This document shows, piece by piece, positions 43,628 through 53,198 of a stretch of DNA of 64,000 nt. The stretch's first letter is position 1. Each line of letters begins with the position of its first letter. The translations under genes were made by a program, and so were the position numbers. Under the pieces are notes generated by a model. The model made no database searches. It was given only the letters and a program-made list of their open reading frames with translations, and was not told the DNA's origin. The DNA comes from Patescibacteria group bacterium (lineage in GTDB: Bacteria; Patescibacteriota; Minisyncoccia; UBA6257; JACRHW01), in assembly GCA_028865725.1 (NCBI GenBank), contig JAGWJP010000002.1, positions 40,050 to 104,049 on the forward strand, given 5' to 3'.

Positions 43628-44242
43628 TTAATGAGATAAGGTATGTTCCATGGCAGCCGCCACAGTCGCCTCAAGCGTGTTATGAATCTGAAAAGAACAA
43701 CGTAGTTGGGTATCGAAATTGAGTTGAATCTGTTTCAGGCCTGGAAATTCTGCTTCTGCGCCAACCACCATCTTAAGTTTTGGGTTGTACGCCATATGCG
43801 CGCGCCATTCGCCAAGCTCTCCTCGCGTTTCTCGGGCATACGGCCCATCATTAGAATCACGTGGATGTTCCCTACTTTCGCAAGGAAGCCAGAACAAAAT
43901 GCATCCCATCTGCGCAGCCATAGAAAGATAATAACGTTCCCATAACGTCTGATGCTGAAACGTACGCGCAAGATCGTGACTTTCCACTTCATACTGACGT
44001 AGAGAGTGGTCTCTAGGATAATGAGAAGGAATTGCCACACAGCAATAACGAAACTGCGAAGAAAGCGGCAAATAACGCTCCATAATCAAGTTCACACATT
44101 GCATTTGCCAATCGCCCCCACCCCGTACCGGACCGGCCAAAAAAATCAAGATATCCCTATCAGGCGACATACCTCCAGGCATATAAAACGTATTGGGTAA
44201 AATGACCCTTGGGGTACGCCTTGACAGTTCAAAATTCGTCAT
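43628..44242 (-). CDS. Nucleoside 2-deoxyribosyltransferase-like protein
   Basis: IFLAGPVRGGGDWQ, WERYYL, ILFWLP, TRGELGEW. Confidence 0.75.
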   Translation of the reverse strand: MTNFELSRRTPRVILPNTFYMPGGMSPDRDILIFLAGPVRGGGDWQMQCVNLIMERYLPLSSQFRYCCVAIPSHYPRDHSLRQYEVESHDLARTFQHQTLWERYYLSMAAQMGCILFWLPCESREHPRDSNDGPYARETRGELGEWRAHMAYNPKLKMVVGAEAEFPGLKQIQLNFDTQLRCSFQIHNTLEATVAAAMEHTLSH

Positions 44243-44373
44243 ACTATTCTCCTTCAGTTTTCTATGAACCACTTGCAGTATATCACGGATATATTATTGT
44301 GTAAACTTGCTATAATCTATATTATGTGATACAGTAATTTCCAACTACGCACGCAGAAAGGATTTCGTAGAGA

Positions 44374-44763
44374 ATGAATATAAAAAATGTGACAGAGCAA
44401 AAACTTGCCCTCGATCTTTGCAAAACACGCTCGACATGTCGCAGGGCACGCATGGCAGCAGTCTTAAGTGACAAGCAGGGCATTTTTGCATGGGGATGGA
44501 ACCATATGCTCTCTACTACAAAAACAGCGGGTAGCGGTATGCATGCTGAACACCATGCGATACGTCGGGCCAATAGGAACCGCCTTCGCGGTGCAACGCT
44601 CACTGTCGCAGGAATATCATCAGGAAATAATAAAAATCCCCTTCTCTCAAAACCTTGCGAGCACTGTCTTGCGCTTGCAATGAAATATGGCATAAAAAGA
44701 ATCGTCTATCTCACAAAAGATGGGACCTGGGCGGCACTCATACTTACCTATCAGGAAGTTTAA
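44374..44763 (+). CDS. Cytidine/dCMP deaminase-family protein
   Basis: HAE...PCEHC Zn-deaminase motif; RSTC, GWN. Confidence 0.85.
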   Translation: MNIKNVTEQKLALDLCKTRSTCRRARMAAVLSDKQGIFAWGWNHMLSTTKTAGSGMHAEHHAIRRANRNRLRGATLTVAGISSGNNKNPLLSKPCEHCLALAMKYGIKRIVYLTKDGTWAALILTYQEV

Positions 44764-45022
44764 TACCTGGCGCATATGCCAGGTATTTTTATTACACTCC
44801 GCTCCTCTTCCGCGTGTCATAATAATATAATATATAGCGTGATCACATACCCCAGCCTCTCTGAACCTCATCGCAAGTGCATGAGAACATTTTATTACAT
44901 ACTCACGATGAGCTTAAAAAATAACACGGCGATAATCATTCGAACCCACACGAAATTTATGGGTATCAGCTTCTTCAGATTTTCCTATAAAAAGGAAGTG
45001 AACGCCTAATTTCGCCCGTACT

Positions 45023-47419
45023 TCATAAATTTTCAAGCGCCTTACGCGTCAAAGGACCCACCATGCCAATGGGTGCAATACCGTGTTCAGTTTGAAACGT
45101 GCGGACGCCTGCGGCAGTAAGCGGCCCGTAATATCCGGTGATAGGGCCCGTATAATAGCCGCCTCGAGTAAGGTATATTTGAAGATTCGTTACCTCATCT
45201 CCCCGCGAACCCATACTTATATTCTGAGAGAGTGATAACATCTTCGTCTGCGACAAAAGCGAAGAGATATCATCGTGTGAAATGAACGTATTCAGCACAC
45301 CGCGCGTCAAAGGACCCACTATGCCAACGGGTGCAATACCGTGTTCGGCTTGAAACGCACGGACGCCTGCGGCGGTAAGCGGCCCGTAATATCCGGTGAT
45401 AGGGCCCGTATACACATGGAGATGAGCGAGGAGAGTTTGGAGTACAACCACACTATCACTCTTAGCGCCCTGAGAAAGAAACGTGGTAAAAATGAGATTC
45501 CGCGTAGATGAAGAGACTGATTCATTCGGTAACACTACCTCCGGAGTCGCGGTTTTTACTACAGGCTCTTCAGTTGATTCAGGAAGTGAAACAGGAGACT
45601 CCACTATCGTTTTTGAAATCGGTAGGGTGGTAGAAGAGGCAGAAGATGAAGAGACTGATTCATTAGTATTTTCTACGCCGGAAAAAGAACTGCCTCCTCC
45701 GACAAAATGAACAAATGTAACCTTGCTTTGATCCGTTGTTGCAGAAACTTCGGTGCCTCTGTTTCCTACGGAATCTTGAAAATCAATCGTAAAAGGGATC
45801 TGACCCGTGGCATCGCTTGAAACAAGAGTATACGATGTTGTCCATGTATTTCCTGTAGTATTGGTAGAAGCTACACTATGCCCCAGAAGCGTTACAGTAG
45901 GCGTTGAGATAGATTCGCTTGCAGTAAACGTAAGCGTCACGGAGTCACCCGCCACAGCATGGCTCGGAATAGTATTATTTGATCCAATGGAAACCCCTGA
46001 AAGCAAAGGAGCCTGACCGTCTGAAAGTGCAATCGACTGATCGTGGGGAACAAGAACATTCGTCACCCCGTTTGCGTCGGTAACCGCGTTTTCATCGGCA
46101 TAAAGACCCAGCGCAGCTGTGGTCGATGCAGAGGTATTACTCCATGGAGAACCTGAAAATGTAAGCTCAACCTTCCAAGGAGATGAGGAATTTATGATGG
46201 TGGCGCTTGATGCCGTAAGCGGCGAGACGCCTCCACCGTTTTGATCTACGTGCCAATCAGCTGCCGATATCGCAGAAAGCGTAGAACTTGTATCCGTAAG
46301 GTTAACAAGGAGTGTTGAGGGAGACGTAATGGAAGCAGAATCTACAGTAATAATGGGAGAAAAAATTTGAACGCGCTGATTGCTAAAATCAACCACATAT
46401 GCAAGCGAAGAGCTTGAAAATGCGAGAGCAACAGAACCGCTAAACTGACCATCTCCGGAGCCAGACGATCCGAATGTGGAGAGATAATTTCCCGCGCTGT
46501 CGAACACTTCGATGCGATTGTTGCTGTAATCTGAGACATAAACACCAGAAGAGCTCGAAATCGCAACTCCGAACGGTAATGCAAATTGACCGTTTCCGCT
46601 TCCTGAAATCCCTTGTTGGCATTGCGAAGTACAAACTTCAAACGAAGATGCACCGTCCTTTACCCCCCACCCAAAGGTAGATATGAAATTTCCCGCGCTG
46701 TCGAACACTTCGATGCGATGGTTACTCTCATCAGCAACATAGACATCTGATGAACTCGAAAGAGCAATACCCGTAGGACTTTGTAACTCTCCCGTGCTTG
46801 TTCCTAGCGTTCCAAATTGAGAGAGATAATTTCCCGCGCTGTCGAACACTTCGATGCGATTATTAAAATGATCAGAAACAAATAGTTGCGAGGAACTTGA
46901 AAGAGCAATATTTGCCGGACGGCTTAGTTGTCCGTTTCCAGACCCTGCAATGCCTGCTTGACAGTTTGACGTACAGATTTCAAATGTCGAAGATCCATTG
47001 CTCACGCCCCACCCGAACGTAGAAATAAAGTTACCTGCGCTATCGAACACGTCGATGCGATTGTTATTGTAATCCACAACATACATATCGGAAGAACTTG
47101 AAAAAGCAATACCTGTCGGAGAATTCATCTGACCGGCACCTGAGCCCAAAGATCCAAATTGGGAGAGATAATTTCCCGCGCTGTCGAACACTTCGATGCG
47201 ATTGTTGACGTTGTCCGCAACGTACACTTGAGAAGAGGTGGAAATGGCAATCTCACGCGGACCGCTAAACTGGCCGCTTCCGGATCCGGATGAGCCAAAT
47301 TTTGAGAAATAGGTATAAGAACTCGCCGCATGTACAGTATCCGCGATACCAAAAGTGCCCACCATGCCCATGGCAACAAAAAAAATCAACAGTATGATAC
47401 GACGCGCACGAAAATACAT
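45023..47419 (-). CDS. Secreted NHL-repeat beta-propeller protein with two C-terminal peptidoglycan-binding domains
   Basis: Repeated GSGxGQF..P.GIA...VYVAD..NNRIEVFDSAGN; YTGPITGYYGPLTAAGVR occurs twice, near-identical at DNA level. Confidence 0.85.
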   Translation of the reverse strand: MYFRARRIILLIFFVAMGMVGTFGIADTVHAASSYTYFSKFGSSGSGSGQFSGPREIAISTSSQVYVADNVNNRIEVFDSAGNYLSQFGSLGSGAGQMNSPTGIAFSSSSDMYVVDYNNNRIDVFDSAGNFISTFGWGVSNGSSTFEICTSNCQAGIAGSGNGQLSRPANIALSSSSQLFVSDHFNNRIEVFDSAGNYLSQFGTLGTSTGELQSPTGIALSSSSDVYVADESNHRIEVFDSAGNFISTFGWGVKDGASSFEVCTSQCQQGISGSGNGQFALPFGVAISSSSGVYVSDYSNNRIEVFDSAGNYLSTFGSSGSGDGQFSGSVALAFSSSSLAYVVDFSNQRVQIFSPIITVDSASITSPSTLLVNLTDTSSTLSAISAADWHVDQNGGGVSPLTASSATIINSSSPWKVELTFSGSPWSNTSASTTAALGLYADENAVTDANGVTNVLVPHDQSIALSDGQAPLLSGVSIGSNNTIPSHAVAGDSVTLTFTASESISTPTVTLLGHSVASTNTTGNTWTTSYTLVSSDATGQIPFTIDFQDSVGNRGTEVSATTDQSKVTFVHFVGGGSSFSGVENTNESVSSSSASSTTLPISKTIVESPVSLPESTEEPVVKTATPEVVLPNESVSSSTRNLIFTTFLSQGAKSDSVVVLQTLLAHLHVYTGPITGYYGPLTAAGVRAFQAEHGIAPVGIVGPLTRGVLNTFISHDDISSLLSQTKMLSLSQNISMGSRGDEVTNLQIYLTRGGYYTGPITGYYGPLTAAGVRTFQTEHGIAPIGMVGPLTRKALENL

Positions 47420-47574
47420 TGCAAGGTAATTAAAAACTTGACTCCTGCGCTGTGAAGAAGAAGCGACGAGTTATTATTTTGATTATACGTTTGTCTATGC
47501 GCCGTTTCTAGCGGATCGTGTGGATAACTCATCTGGTAACATGGGAAACGCGCGAAATACATGCCACAGGTTTT

Positions 47575-48462
47575 TTACGACTCCTCACTTCTCCATCGCG
47601 CAAAAATACCGCAGGGCAATAATCGTTTTCCTATAGATTCTCTAATCGTAAGCTCTCCCGACTCCACCTTACCGCCATAACGATACACCACGCTCTCCAC
47701 ATTATAGCGATATGCCAATTGTGAGTATCCTGCCGCATAACCGTTTACAAGGAAAAAAAGCGGTTGAGGAGAGAGGATGGATTTGCATGCATCCACTAAT
47801 ACCGTAAAATCATTTTCGATATGCCAGAGCGTACCGTTCGGTCCGCGTCCAAACGCAGGAGGATCAAGGATAATGCCATCGTAGGTATGTCCTCTCTTGA
47901 TCTCTCGTTTCACAAATGCGCGTGCGTCATCCAGAATCCAACGAATCGGCTTTTCATAAAAACCCGAAAGCCTTGCATTATCACGCGCCCAAGTAAGAGC
48001 CGATTTTGAGGCATCCACATGGCACACCTCTGCCCCTTCTGCGGCTGCTGCAAGCGAAGCGCCGCCCGTATAACCGAACAAATTTAATACAGAAACAGAC
48101 CTTTCTGCATTACGAATCGTCTCACGCACCCACTGCCAATTAGGTATCTGTTCAGGAAACACGCCCGTATGCTTAAAGGCGGTCGGACGAATATGAAAAT
48201 GAAGACCATCAAATGCAATACTCCATGTTTCGGGCACAGATGCCGTGCCATTCCATTTTCCGTCCTTTCCTTCACGAACAAACTGTGCATGCGCCGCGTC
48301 CCACAACGCAGGATCTGTTTTATGCCATAACGCCTGCGGATCCGGGCGCCGCAGGATCACGGTGCCATACCGCTCAAGCTTTTCGCCGTCTCCGCTATCC
48401 ATCAATTCATAATCCGCCGATGGCTCGGTAACCGTAATACATGATAGTGATACATCATTCAT
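47575..48462 (-). CDS. Class I SAM-dependent methyltransferase (RlmI/RlmK-like)
   Basis: KHTGVFPEQ, LNLFGYTGG, ILDPPAFGRG. Confidence 0.88.
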   Translation of the reverse strand: MNDVSLSCITVTEPSADYELMDSGDGEKLERYGTVILRRPDPQALWHKTDPALWDAAHAQFVREGKDGKWNGTASVPETWSIAFDGLHFHIRPTAFKHTGVFPEQIPNWQWVRETIRNAERSVSVLNLFGYTGGASLAAAAEGAEVCHVDASKSALTWARDNARLSGFYEKPIRWILDDARAFVKREIKRGHTYDGIILDPPAFGRGPNGTLWHIENDFTVLVDACKSILSPQPLFFLVNGYAAGYSQLAYRYNVESVVYRYGGKVESGELTIRESIGKRLLPCGIFARWRSEES

Positions 48463-48541
48463 AGTTCTTACCCTATCAAAAAAATATGATTTTGACCACT
48501 TAAAAGTAACGACATTGTCACACAAAAAAAATAATGCGAGA

Positions 48542-49117
48542 ATGAGTGATAACCAACGTACGCAATATCTTATGGAAGAACACTACACTCCCGCACATCA
48601 TAAGAATAACCCTGAGAAATCTGAAGCATCAACAAATCCTTTTGAATTAGGACCCGATCCCGAGGGTGAGTTAAAAGCCTTTATACGATACCTTGCGATG
48701 GCAAAGGAAGGCGTTAGTTACTTTATTTGCACACCAGAGGATCGAGAAAAAACTGTAGAACAAATAAAAAAAGAGCTTGAGCACATACGCGGTATCAACG
48801 AAATAAATATCACTATACCTCCTGATACGGATTTTAACGCCTTTCAGCCCCTACAACTCTATTTTGAAATTGAGGAATTAAAACAAAAAGGCGCGATTCA
48901 GAATAATAATATTATTTTTATCTACGGAATTGAAAACGTACAAAAAGACCTGCGCACATTTGTGGGCTTAAATCATTCACGCAATTCAATAATTCCGCGA
49001 AATGGGCCTATTGTATTTTGGCTTCCTAGTCCCAATCTCCTTCGTATATTCTCTCAAAATGCACCCGACTTCTTTTCCGCACGATCGGGAGTCTATATCT
49101 ATTCTTCCGAGGATTAA
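48542..49117 (+). CDS. Hypothetical protein resembling the N-terminal domain of ATPase-associated TPR proteins
   Basis: IFIYGIE...LNHSRN...IVFWLP...NAPDFFSARSGVYIY. Confidence 0.6.
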   Translation: MSDNQRTQYLMEEHYTPAHHKNNPEKSEASTNPFELGPDPEGELKAFIRYLAMAKEGVSYFICTPEDREKTVEQIKKELEHIRGINEINITIPPDTDFNAFQPLQLYFEIEELKQKGAIQNNNIIFIYGIENVQKDLRTFVGLNHSRNSIIPRNGPIVFWLPSPNLLRIFSQNAPDFFSARSGVYIYSSED

Positions 49118-49236
49118 AAACACGAGACAATTACACACAAAACCATACGTCTCAACAAGAAAAAAATCCCTCTTTTGACTTTCTGTGCACGTTTTGGTTT
49201 GATAACGATAGTTCATTTGCATGAGGTGAAAAATCA

Positions 49237-49806
49237 ATGGCGCTGCCGCCACGCATACCAGTTGATACTTTACTACACTTAATCGATGAACCTTATCAAT
49301 CTGCGTGCCGAACAATTCTTCAGGAACATCGGGTCCTCTTCCAGACTGTCCAAGGTTCCACCCATAATCACCAAGCATGGCCCGGCGGATACTACGACCA
49401 CGTTCAAGAAGTGATGAATTTTGCGCCTCATCTCTATGCCATCGCGAGCAGATGGTTTGACACGCTTCCCTTCTCCTTGTCCGATGCGCTCCTCATCTTA
49501 TTCCTCCACGACATTGAAAAACCGTGGAAGTATGAATGGGGGCCTGATGGCCATCTTCAAGAAATCGAAGCATTGCGATCAAAAGACGCACAGCATGAGT
49601 TTCGTGCACGTAAACTCCATGAGTATGGCATCGTACTCACTGCTCCACAAGCGAACGCCATGAGATATGTAGAAGGAGAACTCGCAGAATATTCGAATAA
49701 GCGACGCGTAATGAACGAACTAGCCGCGTTCTGTCACTGCTGCGACACGATAAGCGCACGCATCGGTTATAATCTCCCTCAAGCAGAAGACCGCCTCCGT
49801 GGATAA
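49237..49806 (+). CDS. HD-domain phosphohydrolase
   Basis: HQAWPGGYYDHVQEV...LHDIEK...CDTISAR. Confidence 0.8.
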   Translation: MALPPRIPVDTLLHLIDEPYQSACRTILQEHRVLFQTVQGSTHNHQAWPGGYYDHVQEVMNFAPHLYAIASRWFDTLPFSLSDALLILFLHDIEKPWKYEWGPDGHLQEIEALRSKDAQHEFRARKLHEYGIVLTAPQANAMRYVEGELAEYSNKRRVMNELAAFCHCCDTISARIGYNLPQAEDRLRG

Positions 49807-49820
49807 TCCCCCAAAAAACA

Positions 49821-49850
49821 AACCGGCTCAATGTGGCCGGCTTTTTGTTT
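49821..49850. terminator. Bidirectional terminator between convergent genes
   Basis: CCGGC-TCAATGTG-GCCGG flanked by A and T tracts. Confidence 0.6.
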
Positions 49851-50710
49851 TATATTTCTTTTCGAAGCGCATCTACAAAACGAGTATTATCATGAGGAAT
49901 AGTTAACACACGGCGTATAAGATCGTTGCATTTCACGATTTTTCCTGAACACTGTTCTATCTCTTCAAATAATGCAATCGTGTGTGCGATGCAAAACCGT
50001 GAAAACTCGGCTTCTCTCCTTTGAGGAATAGACGCCCACTCACGCGGATTTCCAAAAGGAAGTAGATAAGGCACGCCGATATTATTGCTTCCCACAAGCG
50101 ATCTTCCCGCATAAGGGACCCCGGGATAAAAATCGCGTTCACACACCTCATCGATCACCTCGTCGTAGAGTCGCACGCATTCCACTTCGCAGCCCAGTGC
50201 GATAATCTTTTCCACGCCTTTACGAATCCCTATACCCGTACACACTTTTGGAACGTTTATTCCCATTTGCTGCATTACTGTTATAAGGCGACTCATCATC
50301 ACCCCGGAAAAGATGACATCGTCAACAAGCACTACCTCGCAAAGACCCGCAGAAACTAACTCATGCATTTGGGTACGAAGAGACGGGAAACCGGTCCTTC
50401 TTCTCAGTCCGCAATTAATCCCTTCTCTCGTAACACAACGCGTAATCTCAAGCGTGTGGTCGGTGTGAGTATATATCTTCTCGAGCGACACCGGCGGAAG
50501 ACCTGCATGCAGAATACATTCGCGCATACCCTCGCGCAATTCATTCTCTTCTACAAAATCAAAATAGGGAAACATGGATCTCATCTCATCGCAAAACACC
50601 ATTCTCATCGATCGAAAGAAATTCTGATTTGGAAGAATAAATCCCAGCTCCCTAACCCATTGCTGCATAAGAATATAAATATCGGCAGACACCACATATG
50701 GAATTGCCAT
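49850..50710 (-). CDS. Phosphoribosyltransferase-domain protein
   Basis: VVLVDDVIFSG PRPP-binding motif; AGGAGG SD before MAIPY. Confidence 0.75.
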   Translation of the reverse strand: MAIPYVVSADIYILMQQWVRELGFILPNQNFFRSMRMVFCDEMRSMFPYFDFVEENELREGMRECILHAGLPPVSLEKIYTHTDHTLEITRCVTREGINCGLRRRTGFPSLRTQMHELVSAGLCEVVLVDDVIFSGVMMSRLITVMQQMGINVPKVCTGIGIRKGVEKIIALGCEVECVRLYDEVIDEVCERDFYPGVPYAGRSLVGSNNIGVPYLLPFGNPREWASIPQRREAEFSRFCIAHTIALFEEIEQCSGKIVKCNDLIRRVLTIPHDNTRFVDALRKEI

Positions 50711-50814
50711 TAGCACTTCTCCTCCTTTTTCAATGAACTTCCTCCCAAAAAAGAAAAACCCTTTTGGAAGGGGTTCGGTGTCATTCTTCGTGTTAATCAC
50801 AACCAACCTCTTCC

Positions 50815-51369
50815 TCAAAGAGTTCGATTATGATATTTTTTCCCAAGAATAATTGCGCGACGTGCTGCCTCATGCGGCGTAGCAACTTCTTCAATGATTA
50901 TTCGTTTTCGCCCGTCAAGATATTCGCCCGCAAGACGATCGCTCCATCCGCCTGTTCCTTTCATAACCACCACAGGAATGTTTGCTTGATAAGCAATCGC
51001 TATCTCAGTAAGAGTTCCTGAGCCACCGCTTACCGCGATCACCGCATCGCAACTTAATACCAGCGCCATCTCGCGCCCGCCCCCGCGCTCGAGGCCTGTG
51101 GCAATTACCACATCAACCTGTTTTTCTATTATCGCCAATCCCTTCCCATAGGTAATTCCGACAGTAAGCCCACCCCCGCGTTTCGCCCCGCGACAAGCTG
51201 CGGTAGAGAGTGAATCAAAATCTTTTTCTGCGCCAAACAAAAGCACGGCCCCCTTTTTCGCGACCTCATACCCGATCTCCTCCGCGATTCTTTCAATATC
51301 CTTGGAATACTTAAGATCGGCTGCGGAGCCCATAACGCCAATTTGTAGTTTTCTTTTTTCTGTTCTCAT
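50815..51369 (-). CDS. SLOG/LOG-superfamily protein (TIGR00725-like)
   Basis: IGVMGS, ACRGAKRGGGLTVGI, GGSGTLTEIAIAY, GTGGWS. Confidence 0.85.
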   Translation of the reverse strand: MRTEKRKLQIGVMGSAADLKYSKDIERIAEEIGYEVAKKGAVLLFGAEKDFDSLSTAACRGAKRGGGLTVGITYGKGLAIIEKQVDVVIATGLERGGGREMALVLSCDAVIAVSGGSGTLTEIAIAYQANIPVVVMKGTGGWSDRLAGEYLDGRKRIIIEEVATPHEAARRAIILGKKYHNRTL

Positions 51370-51411
51370 AATATGGGTATTTTATCGAGCTCACGTATTT
51401 TGTGTAAAAAA

Positions 51412-51711
51412 TTAGCGGGTTTTGTTTAACATCCTTCTGTATCCCCCTGCCCCTTTCTTCATCCACGCGTGAATCCGAGCGATAGTGGTTGAGCTCATTT
51501 TTGTTTCTTCTTCTATAGATTTATAGGAATCCCCTACAGCAAGCATACGCACCACCTTCCACCTTCGCCCAAACTCCTCAATCTCTTTCTCAGTCAACAA
51601 ATCACGAAAAAAAATGCGGGCCTCATTGATGTCTTTTAACATAAGAACCGCGGCAAATAGTGCACGAACGTCCTTAGTAAACCAATCTTGTTTTTCCTGT
51701 ATCTTTTTCAT
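51412..51711 (-). CDS. YerC/YecD TrpR-related repressor
   Basis: FFRDLLTEKEIEEFGRRWKVVRML...SYKSI...SSTTIARI...GAGGY. Confidence 0.9.
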   Translation of the reverse strand: MKKIQEKQDWFTKDVRALFAAVLMLKDINEARIFFRDLLTEKEIEEFGRRWKVVRMLAVGDSYKSIEEETKMSSTTIARIHAWMKKGAGGYRRMLNKTR

Positions 51712-51748
51712 ATCACTTTAGTATACTAAAGTGATTTTCAAAAGTCAA
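51712..51748 (-). promoter_or_regulatory. Sigma70 promoter overlapped by a perfect 24-bp palindromic operator; near-leaderless transcript
   Basis: TTGACT-17 nt-TATACT-8 nt-ATG; palindrome ATCACTTTAGTATACTAAAGTGAT at 51712-51735. Confidence 0.8.
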
Positions 51749-51812
51749 GTACCCAAAAAAATTTAATAAAAAACCTCGCGCATAGAGCCGAGGCCTCTTT
51801 TACCTTTATCTT

Positions 51813-52184
51813 TTACATCGTAGTATGCACACCCCTAGAATCACGGAAACGTGAAAATATCACAGACTCTCGCACCACACACTGAATAATATAGTCCCTC
51901 TCAAGAATTGTATTCGAAGTTAATGCGTCCACAATCGCTTCAGCAATACCTGGATGAAGTGGCCCATACCCCTGAGTGACATCAATGCTGACAATAAGCG
52001 GCATAGGTTCCGATCTGTAACGGTAGGCACGGAAATGCTCGCCTTCTCTCTCAAAACTTACTGTCAAGTCTGACTCCTCAATGAAAAAAACTTCTTTTAA
52101 ATGTGCAAAAATAGCCTCTCGAATCTTCCATTCTTCCACACCTCCATGCATTCCGTGCAAAGAAACAATAACCTGCGGCATCAT
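51813..52184 (-). CDS. Hypothetical protein
   Basis: ORF with purine-rich SD and a downstream hairpin plus T tract. Confidence 0.5.
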   Translation of the reverse strand: MMPQVIVSLHGMHGGVEEWKIREAIFAHLKEVFFIEESDLTVSFEREGEHFRAYRYRSEPMPLIVSIDVTQGYGPLHPGIAEAIVDALTSNTILERDYIIQCVVRESVIFSRFRDSRGVHTTM

Positions 52185-52322
52185 ATGATCCCCTTTCTTC
52201 ATTACGATCTAAATGGTATTATACCACATTCTAATACTATTTATCAATAGTGCATCTAATATCCTCCTTGCGCTATACTAAGAATACATAATGAGTGCAA
52301 CAATTTATCATATTAATATTAT

Positions 52323-53039
52323 ATGACTGAAGAACAACGAAAAAAATTAAATGTACCGGCCTCCAAACTTCCCGTATTTGAAGAACCGACTGATTTTCGG
52401 GCATCACTTCATTGGAAGGTTTTTCGCATTATGGCGGAGATGGTGGACGGGTGGCAATTTATCGCAGATTTCAAAAAGACCGTAACCTTTTTTGGTTCGG
52501 CGCGTTTTCCTGAGAACAACAAATGGTATAAAACCGCGGAACAACTCGGGAAACTTCTTGCGGAACACGGGTTTGGCGTAATCACAGGAGGAGGCCCGGG
52601 TATCATGGAGGGTGGAAATCGCGGTGCACACGAAGCGGGCGGCACCTCGGTGGGGCTTAACATCAAACTTCCTGCAGAACAACGTATCAACCCTTACGTA
52701 AACGCAAGCATCGCATTTCATTACTTCTTCACAAGAAAAGTGATGCTCTCCTATGCTGCACAAGCGTACGTCTACTTTCCCGGAGGATTTGGTACCCTTG
52801 ATGAGTTCTTTGAGCTTGTAACCCTCATTCAAACCAAAAAGATCGCGACTCATATCCCCGTAATCCTGTTGGGTCGAGAATACTGGGGGCCGCTCAATGA
52901 ATGGATTCGCACGCAAGTATACGGCACGTTCCATGCAATTGATGAAGAAGACATGAATATTTATCAAATTGTGGATACTTCCGAAGAGGCGCTCGAGATA
53001 ATTCTTAAAACCCCCGAACGAAAGGATCTCGGATACTAA
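52323..53039 (+). CDS. LOG-family nucleotide phosphoribohydrolase (TIGR00730-like)
   Basis: FFGSAR, TGGGPGIM, YFFTRKVM, PGGFGTLDE. Confidence 0.92.
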   Translation: MTEEQRKKLNVPASKLPVFEEPTDFRASLHWKVFRIMAEMVDGWQFIADFKKTVTFFGSARFPENNKWYKTAEQLGKLLAEHGFGVITGGGPGIMEGGNRGAHEAGGTSVGLNIKLPAEQRINPYVNASIAFHYFFTRKVMLSYAAQAYVYFPGGFGTLDEFFELVTLIQTKKIATHIPVILLGREYWGPLNEWIRTQVYGTFHAIDEEDMNIYQIVDTSEEALEIILKTPERKDLGY

Positions 53040-53063
53040 TACGGTATCTGTCTCTCTTTACCC

Positions 53064-53101
53064 TACTACAAAACCCCACTTTCTTACGGGGTTTTGTAGT
53101 A
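53064..53101 (+). terminator. Long hairpin terminator
   Basis: TACTACAAAACCCC...GGGGTTTTGTAGTA. Confidence 0.75.
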
Positions 53102-53198
53102 TCATGCCGCACCCATGGACTTGCGAAACTCTTGAAAAAACTTTACAATCGTAGCATTGTAGATTACTCATTTTTTATAACCCTATACATAACGTGGT

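Noticed and set aside
46486-47205. Regularly spaced about 33-nt repeats (AATTTCCCGCGCTGTCGAACACTTCGATGCGAT) resembling an array
   Set aside because: They encode the NRIEVFDSAGN strand of NHL repeats within one ORF.
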